From a virus: a stretch of 64,000 nt of DNA. The DNA lies in IMG/VR virus record IMGVR_UViG_2563366762_000007, positions 635-64,634 of that record. One strand, given 5' to 3'. Position 1 is the stretch's first letter. Every line of letters starts with the position of its first letter. A model generated the notes under the pieces. That model was not told where the DNA came from. It ran no database searches and saw only the letters and a list, made by a program, of their open reading frames with translations. Shown here piece by piece: positions 57,501-64,000 of the stretch. The position numbers were made by a program, and so were the translations under genes.

Positions 57501-59810
57501 ATGGCTGCAATTGATGATTTATTGCGCCAAATTCCGGACACTTCCTTGCGTAGCCGCTTGGAAGAGGAATTTGCCCGCATTTCAAAAAATAAAAAATTTG
57601 GACTTGTATTTGAGGAACATATCCCTGAATGCACTCCACTTTATGAGGTTTCTATCAAACGTGGCTCTACTGTTGCACAAAAAACAGGCCATATTAATAA
57701 TGTATATACGGTGCTGAAATTAGATGGAGATACTGCCCTTTGTCGTAACAAAGCAACTGGTAATACTGAGAACATACCAATCACGGAGCTAGTTTCAGTT
57801 GCTCAATTTGGCGAGCCAATTTTCCCCACCCTCCAGCCTATTGATTCAGTTAAAAATGCACCTGATAGTAACTTATGGCATACAATCATTGAAGCAGACA
57901 ATTATCATGCCCTTCAGTTACTGGAATATCTCTACCCTAAGAAGGTTGATTGTATTTATATTGACCCCCCATACAACACCGGTGCGCGGGATTGGAAATA
58001 CAATAATAACTATGTTGATTCTAGTGACAACTGGCGACACAGTAAGTGGCTCTCAATGATGCAAAAGCGATTAAAGATTGCAAAAAGAATACTTGCTGAT
58101 GATGGTGTTTTGATTACTACAATAGATGATAATGAATATGCGCATCTATGGGTTCTTCTTCATGAGATTTTTCCAAACCTAACTCATACTTGCGTAACCA
58201 TTCAGCATAATCCCGGTGGAACTCAGGGTAAAAAATTCTCTGTAACTCACGAATATGCAATATTTTCATATTCAGCTGATAGTATTATTTACCGTAAACA
58301 GCATACTGGTGGCGATGTCTATAATCTAAGACGTTGGGGAAGTACCTCAGGTCGTTATGAAGGCGCAACATGTTTCTATCCCGTAATTTTAGACTCGAAT
58401 TATAACATTATCGGTTTCGGTGATTTACTTGATAAGGAATTACATCCATCAGCACAAGTAGAACACAATGACGATGGTACCATTTATGTCTGGCCTATTG
58501 ATAAAAATGGCATAGAAAAGAAATGGAGATATGGACGAGATACTGTAGAAACTGTTAGGGATCGAATGTATGTTGAAAGGCGAGGAGACCGAATAGAAGT
58601 AATTCTTCGTAGGGAAAGTGAACCACCTAAAACTGTCTGGACAGATCCGTTATGTAATGCAGAAGCCCACGGTACTGATATGATCAAGGCCATACTTGGT
58701 GGTGGCTTCTCATATCCCAAATCACTTTATGCAGTCCGCGAAGCGCTAACATTCGCAGTTTCGGGTAAGAAAGACGCATTGATTGTTGACTTCTTTGCAG
58801 GAAGTGGTACCACATTACACGCAGTAAATTTACTTAATGCTGAGGACAACGGAAACCGCCGCTGCATTTTAGTAACTAATAACGAAGTCTCAGATGATGA
58901 ATCAAAAACCTTGAAAAAAAATGGCTATAAGCCCGGTGATATTGAATGGGAAAAACATGGAATATGTCGTGCTATAACTTGGCCTAGAACAAAGTATAGT
59001 ATCCTTGGAAGACGTGATGATAGCTCTGTCTTAACGGGTGAGTACTTTACTACTCAGACTGTATCTGATGAAGTAGACCGTTCATTCTATCAGTTAAGTT
59101 TTGTCGATAACCCTACAGAATTAACAGCAGCTGCAAAAAAGCAAATTGTTTCTTTACTTCGAAATAAGGAAGGAAAGTCACAATTGCCGCAATCATTAGT
59201 AACCAAAGACTGTAAATTCATTGTTTCAAATAAACATACAGCATCAATTCTTTTTGATGTAAATGCAGTTGATGAGTGGTTATCTGCCATTGAAGAACAG
59301 GATCAAATATCAGACTTTTATATAGCCTCAAAATCGACTGCCATATTCAAGTCAATTAAGACACGTGTTTCAGAATTGCTAGGCCCCATTATTGTAACAT
59401 CACAAGTTAAACGTCCAATGAGCGATGGTTTTCCTGCAAATGCTGAATACTTCAAGCTAGAATTCTTGGATAAAAATCTTGTTTCATTGGGCCAACAGTT
59501 CCACGAAATACTACCATTACTTTGGCTCAAATCTGGAGCTATTGGAAAGCGACCAGAAGTAAATTACAATGAAGAACCAGAGATGTTAATTCTTCCGCAA
59601 AATGGCTTTGCTATTTTAGTCGATGAAACACGGTTCGCAGAATTTGCCGAAAAGCTTTCTGAAGAGAACGGTATCCAAATGGTCTATTTTGTAACTAACT
59701 CCGAGGAAGCATTCCGTGAAATGGCTGCCGGAGTAAAAGTAAATAACACATATCAATTATATCGAGATTATATCGATAACTTTGTGTTAGGAAGCAGGAG
59801 GGATTCATAA
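57501..59810 (+). CDS. Type III-like N6-adenine DNA methyltransferase (Mod)
   Basis: IYIDPPYNTG, FSYPKS, DFFAGSGTT (beta class), directly upstream of Res. Confidence 0.85.
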   Translation: MAAIDDLLRQIPDTSLRSRLEEEFARISKNKKFGLVFEEHIPECTPLYEVSIKRGSTVAQKTGHINNVYTVLKLDGDTALCRNKATGNTENIPITELVSVAQFGEPIFPTLQPIDSVKNAPDSNLWHTIIEADNYHALQLLEYLYPKKVDCIYIDPPYNTGARDWKYNNNYVDSSDNWRHSKWLSMMQKRLKIAKRILADDGVLITTIDDNEYAHLWVLLHEIFPNLTHTCVTIQHNPGGTQGKKFSVTHEYAIFSYSADSIIYRKQHTGGDVYNLRRWGSTSGRYEGATCFYPVILDSNYNIIGFGDLLDKELHPSAQVEHNDDGTIYVWPIDKNGIEKKWRYGRDTVETVRDRMYVERRGDRIEVILRRESEPPKTVWTDPLCNAEAHGTDMIKAILGGGFSYPKSLYAVREALTFAVSGKKDALIVDFFAGSGTTLHAVNLLNAEDNGNRRCILVTNNEVSDDESKTLKKNGYKPGDIEWEKHGICRAITWPRTKYSILGRRDDSSVLTGEYFTTQTVSDEVDRSFYQLSFVDNPTELTAAAKKQIVSLLRNKEGKSQLPQSLVTKDCKFIVSNKHTASILFDVNAVDEWLSAIEEQDQISDFYIASKSTAIFKSIKTRVSELLGPIIVTSQVKRPMSDGFPANAEYFKLEFLDKNLVSLGQQFHEILPLLWLKSGAIGKRPEVNYNEEPEMLILPQNGFAILVDETRFAEFAEKLSEENGIQMVYFVTNSEEAFREMAAGVKVNNTYQLYRDYIDNFVLGSRRDS

Positions 59811-62318
59811 ATGAGAGATATATTATTTCCTTTTCAGGAAACAGCCCTTGGTGAACTGCATTCTGCAATTAAGGATGCTCATGCAGTATGGCGTGAAAAT
59901 AAGCCTCAGATAATCTCGTTTTCCGCACCAACTGGTTCGGGAAAAACTATTATTATGACGACTCTTTTTGAAGAAATACTCTATGGTAATGAGGACAACA
60001 TTGGAGATCCAGATTCAGTATTTGTTTGGCTTTCCGATTCACCAGAACTTAACGAGCAAACACGCTTAAAAATTGAAAGCAAATCAGATAAAATCCCTGT
60101 TAGGGACTTGGTAACTATTGATTCAAACTTTAGTGCCGAGTATTTCGAAGGTGGTCACGTTTATTTTCTAAATACACAAAAACTCGGTTCTGATAAGCTA
60201 CTGACTTCATCATCTGATAAGCGGCAGTATTCCATATGGGAAACCCTTACTAATACTGCTAAACGGATTCCTAAAAAGTTTTATGTGGTGATAGATGAAG
60301 CACATAGGGGAACTTATACATCTGTGCAAGCAGAAAATAAGGCGCAATCTATCATGCAAAAATTCATTAAGGGTAGTGAAGATGACGGTCTTTGCGTCAT
60401 GCCTTTAATTATAGGTGTGACTGCAACTCCTCAGAGATTTGATAACTTAATTGCCGGAACGACTTCAACGGTTCAAAAAGTCATCGTCCCTCCTGAGCAG
60501 GTTCGTGAGTCAGGTCTTTTGAAAGATAGAATTATTATTCACTATCCAGATATTCAATTTAATGCTGATATGACCATGTTTAAAGGGGCAATTGATAATT
60601 GGCGCAAAAAATGCACTCATTGGAAGACTTACTGTGAGCGCGAAGATGAAAAAATGATAAACCCTATTCTTGTTATTCAAGTTGATGATGGGAATGATCG
60701 TATAGCAACCCAAACCGATTTGGGGGCTTGCATCGATTTACTAGAAGAATCGCTGGGACGCAAATTACAGCCTGGAGAAGCAGTACATACTTTTAATGAC
60801 CATGGCACACTTAAAGTACGTGATGTTGAAATTCAGCAAATTGAAGCATCCCGAATTCAAGAAGAAGAAAATGTGCTGATTGTGTTTTTCAAAATGAATC
60901 TTTCCACAGGTTGGGACTGCCCGCGAGCTGAAACGATGATGTCATTCCGCAGTGCCCAAGACTATACTTATATTGCTCAGTTGCTAGGACGTATGATACG
61001 TACACCTTTGGCAAGACGGATTTCTTCTGATGCTGAGCTTAATAGTGTCAGCCTATTTCTTCCATACTTTGATGAAGAAACAGTGAAGAATGTAGTTAAT
61101 GCCCTGCGTGACAGTGAGGCTGCTATGCCTACCGAAACAGGCACTAGTAAAGAGCTTGTTACACTTGGACGAAACCTTGCCTATTCCGATGTATTTGAGG
61201 CAATGGATAACCTCATAACTTATCGGATAGATTCATCTCGAAAGCAGGCACCACTTAAATTATTAATACAGCTTTCACGTGCACTGACGATGGATGGTAT
61301 TGACTTAGGGGCGCAGAAAGCTGTTAAAAATGCTGTTTTATCAAAAATGGATGGTGAGATTTCACGGATAAAAGAAAGTGGAGACTTTGACACTCGAGGG
61401 GCTTCAATTACTGGTTTTGCTCTCGGTACACTGATATTTGAATACGGAGACAATGCCTACTCCTTTGATGAAGAAACACAGACAATGACCATGTCCGATT
61501 TTGATATTTCCCGACATTTTGAGCAAGCTGGAAAGTTGTTGGGAGAGGGTTTACACAAGGAATATTGGATTCGTCATAGTACCCGAGACCATATTGATGT
61601 AAAAAAAGAAATCATCATTCTTACACATGATACTGATGCAATGGAAAGGATTAATGACTATGCTGAAGAAGAATTCATAACACTGTACGAAAACAACAAG
61701 CGATCCATTGCTAGACTTAGCGAGGCACGAAAGAATGTCTATGAAAGATTAACTAATGCTTCTGTACAACCGATATCTGTACCATGGATGTTACCAGATT
61801 CTATTGATTTTTCTAAACCAGATAATAGCAGTAAATTTGAGCAGCATCTTTATTGTTTAGAGGACGGCACATTTGAAACATCACTGAATCCATGGGAAAG
61901 CGGAGTTGTTACAGAAGAGCTTAACAATGGTGCTGTATGCTGGTTACGTAATCTTGACCGCAAAAAGTGGTCACTAGAAATCCCTTACGAAGTCAGCGGT
62001 GTCACCACTCCTATGTTCCCGGATTTAGTTATTGTTAGATCTGATGCACAAGGTTATGTTTTTGATATTTTAGAACCACACGATCCTAGCCGAAAAGACA
62101 ATTATCCTAAGGCAGTGGGTTTAGCAAAATTCGCAGAGAAGCATTGGGATATATTTGGCAGGATTCAGCTCATTCGACTTAAAAAAGGTGTAGATGGTCG
62201 TGAACATTTCTATCGACTAGATATGGGAAAAACAACGATTAGGAATAAAGTTCGTGGCATAACATCAAACGAGGAACTGGATAGAATTTTCGATACAGAT
62301 GCTGTACGAGAAGATTAA
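59811..62318 (+). CDS. Type III-like restriction helicase-nuclease (Res)
   Basis: APTGSGKT, DEAH, TATP, GWDCP, QLLGR, and C-terminal FPD...ILEPH. Confidence 0.82.
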   Translation: MRDILFPFQETALGELHSAIKDAHAVWRENKPQIISFSAPTGSGKTIIMTTLFEEILYGNEDNIGDPDSVFVWLSDSPELNEQTRLKIESKSDKIPVRDLVTIDSNFSAEYFEGGHVYFLNTQKLGSDKLLTSSSDKRQYSIWETLTNTAKRIPKKFYVVIDEAHRGTYTSVQAENKAQSIMQKFIKGSEDDGLCVMPLIIGVTATPQRFDNLIAGTTSTVQKVIVPPEQVRESGLLKDRIIIHYPDIQFNADMTMFKGAIDNWRKKCTHWKTYCEREDEKMINPILVIQVDDGNDRIATQTDLGACIDLLEESLGRKLQPGEAVHTFNDHGTLKVRDVEIQQIEASRIQEEENVLIVFFKMNLSTGWDCPRAETMMSFRSAQDYTYIAQLLGRMIRTPLARRISSDAELNSVSLFLPYFDEETVKNVVNALRDSEAAMPTETGTSKELVTLGRNLAYSDVFEAMDNLITYRIDSSRKQAPLKLLIQLSRALTMDGIDLGAQKAVKNAVLSKMDGEISRIKESGDFDTRGASITGFALGTLIFEYGDNAYSFDEETQTMTMSDFDISRHFEQAGKLLGEGLHKEYWIRHSTRDHIDVKKEIIILTHDTDAMERINDYAEEEFITLYENNKRSIARLSEARKNVYERLTNASVQPISVPWMLPDSIDFSKPDNSSKFEQHLYCLEDGTFETSLNPWESGVVTEELNNGAVCWLRNLDRKKWSLEIPYEVSGVTTPMFPDLVIVRSDAQGYVFDILEPHDPSRKDNYPKAVGLAKFAEKHWDIFGRIQLIRLKKGVDGREHFYRLDMGKTTIRNKVRGITSNEELDRIFDTDAVRED

Positions 62319-62321
62319 ATA

Positions 62322-62413
62322 ATACATCTATACTGTCTCCTCAACCCCAATAAAAAATCTAATCTATCAACTCGACCCTATCGTTTTCAGGGTAGTTGAT
62401 ATGTTTCCTCAAA
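62322..62413. repeat. Element-end site cluster 1 (prophage, rlmD-proximal)
   Basis: Same two motifs as 9936-9995, plus an inverted GTTGATATGTTTCC at 62395-62408. Confidence 0.8.
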
Positions 62414-62424
62414 GAATAAAAATG

Positions 62425-62490
62425 AGGGTTTCCCGACTTTAACATCCTCGGCAAAGTAGCCGTGAGCAAAGTTCAATGTCAGGAAACCCT
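62425..62490. terminator. Long hairpin between convergent Res and rlmD
   Basis: AGGGTTTCCCGAC...GTCAGGAAACCCT (12/13), flanked by A/T-rich runs. Confidence 0.5.
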
Positions 62491-62515
62491 TTATTTATCA
62501 GTGCTTTGAATAGCC

Positions 62516-63913
62516 TTATTTCTCCACCCGTGACATCAAGACAACACACTCCACATGTGACGTATGCGGGAACATATCCACCGGCTGCATCCACTCCAGC
62601 CGGTACTCCTTCAGCAAATACGCCACATCACGGGCCAGAGTAGAAGGATTACACGACACATACACGAACCGCTGTGGCTTCGCCTTCAGAACCGTATCCA
62701 GCAGCGCCTTATCACACCCGACACGCGGCGGGTCTACCACGATCACGTCTGGTCGATCGCCCTGCTTCACCCATTTTGGCAATAGCTCCTCCGCCTTGCC
62801 GACATAAAATTCCGCGTTCGCAATCCCGCTTTTCTCCGCATTTCGCCTAGCATCTTCAATCGCTTCCGGTATCACTTCAATCCCCCGCACCCGCTTCGCG
62901 TCCGGGGCAAGCCAAAGCGAGATCGTGCCTACGCCGCAGTACGCATCCACAACGAGTTCCTTCCCGGTCAAACCGGCCGCTTCTCTCGCTGAATTGTATA
63001 GCTTAAGCGTCTGGGCCGGGTTCAACTGAAAGAATGCGCGCGGCGACAGCGAGAATTTCACATCACCCAGCGATTCGTCAATTGTCTCCTTGCCCCATAA
63101 AGTCTCCGTTTTATCGCCAAAAATAAGCGACGTTTTTTGCTTATTAATGTTCTGATTGATGCTGGTCAGCTTCGGCAGACGCATACGCAGCTCAGTAATT
63201 ATTTCTTTTTTACGCGGTAGCTTCTCTTCTGCTGTTACGAGAATAAGCTGCTGCTCGCCGGTTTCAAAGCCAACACGCGCAATAATCGTCCGGATAACTC
63301 CGGTTCGCTTGCGCTCGTTATATACTGGAATCGACAGCATCTCCAGCACTTCCCGTGCCGCCGCGATCATCTTGTTCGTCTCTGGATGCTGAATCGGACA
63401 ATCGCCAATGTCGATAAGCTGGTGGCTATCCGCCGCATACAAACCAGTAATGATGCGGTCGCCCTGGGTTCCGGCTTGTAACTGGGCCTTATTGCGGTAC
63501 TTCCACGGCTCCTCCATGCCGAGAATCGGGCGCAGCGGCAGTTCTCCCACATCGGTATATTTCTCAAACGCACCGCGTACGATGTCCTCTTTCGCCTTTA
63601 ATTGACCTTCATAGGTCATGTGCTGCATTTGGCAGCCACCACATTCATTGTATACCGGACAGGACGGTGTTTGGCGCAAATCAGATGCCTGCTTTATTTT
63701 TTTTACTCTTCCTTCAGCGAAGGTAGGCTGCACTTTCGTGATTTTTACCTCCACGACCTCTTCAGGCAGAGCACCTGGTACGAATACAGCTTTGCGTTTA
63801 TAATAGCCGATGCCTTCACCGTTGATACCAATACGCTTTATTGTCAGCAAAATCTCCTGCCCGATTTTTAACTGCACATCGATTCCCTTTTTTCCTGTGT
63901 ATTTCTTATTCAT
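62516..63913 (-). CDS. rlmD: 23S rRNA (uracil-1939-C5)-methyltransferase
   Basis: TRAM domain, CPVYNECGGC, YRNK, AFFQ, DAYCGVG, DPPR, YVSCNPSTLARD, DMFPHTSHVE. Confidence 0.96.
   Translation of the reverse strand: MNKKYTGKKGIDVQLKIGQEILLTIKRIGINGEGIGYYKRKAVFVPGALPEEVVEVKITKVQPTFAEGRVKKIKQASDLRQTPSCPVYNECGGCQMQHMTYEGQLKAKEDIVRGAFEKYTDVGELPLRPILGMEEPWKYRNKAQLQAGTQGDRIITGLYAADSHQLIDIGDCPIQHPETNKMIAAAREVLEMLSIPVYNERKRTGVIRTIIARVGFETGEQQLILVTAEEKLPRKKEIITELRMRLPKLTSINQNINKQKTSLIFGDKTETLWGKETIDESLGDVKFSLSPRAFFQLNPAQTLKLYNSAREAAGLTGKELVVDAYCGVGTISLWLAPDAKRVRGIEVIPEAIEDARRNAEKSGIANAEFYVGKAEELLPKWVKQGDRPDVIVVDPPRVGCDKALLDTVLKAKPQRFVYVSCNPSTLARDVAYLLKEYRLEWMQPVDMFPHTSHVECVVLMSRVEK
62525..62557 (-). 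repeat. rlmD-proximal prophage att site
   Basis: 32/33 identical to 10113-10145. GC content drops on the phage side. Confidence 0.9.
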
Positions 63914-64000
63914 TCCTTATTCATCCCTTTACGTTTCTTCCTGCTCAAAATGTCTATTTATCATACCATATCACGCCTGTTGATTATCCATAAGGTGGAA

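Larger units (their letters stand above)
10146..62557. mobile_element. Siphovirus prophage integrated in the rlmD 3' end (~52.4 kb)
   Basis: Flanking direct repeats, serine recombinases, and complete replication, packaging, head, tail and lysis modules. Confidence 0.92.

Noticed and set aside
1-64000. tRNA, rRNA, IS transposases, conjugation genes
   Set aside because: None were recognisable by eye. tRNAscan and ISfinder searches would be needed to exclude them formally.

Overview
The window is a Bacillota locus, and the GC-richer rlmD gene at the right edge is the only clear host gene. A complete-looking ~52.4 kb HK97-head siphovirus prophage (about 10146-62557) is integrated in the 3' end of rlmD/rumA. 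It carries a three-gene large serine recombinase module, a PolA/VapE replication module, its own sigma-like factor, metK plus a DNA methylase, and defence cargo at both ends: an ABC-three-component/Lamassu-like trio with a type III-like Mod/Res pair on the right, and HNH, Abi-like and EEP genes on the left. Left of the prophage are two further elements accreted in tandem. One is a recombinase-less ~4.07 kb cassette with one SF1 helicase (6075-10145). The other is the start of a third nuclease-rich island (<1-6074). Each of the three elements begins with its own copy of the rlmD 3' end followed by a cluster of related degenerate sites. The main leads are: this cassette-like att architecture; a Lamassu-like effector with an HTH-like N-terminus and a catalytically degenerate HNH sitting where the immunity region should be; a 3-copy fixed-spacing phage promoter motif; an alternative-pairing RNA leader on the sigma gene; and an inverted-repeat-bounded mepB cassette. 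All family calls come from motif recognition by eye, with no database searches run.
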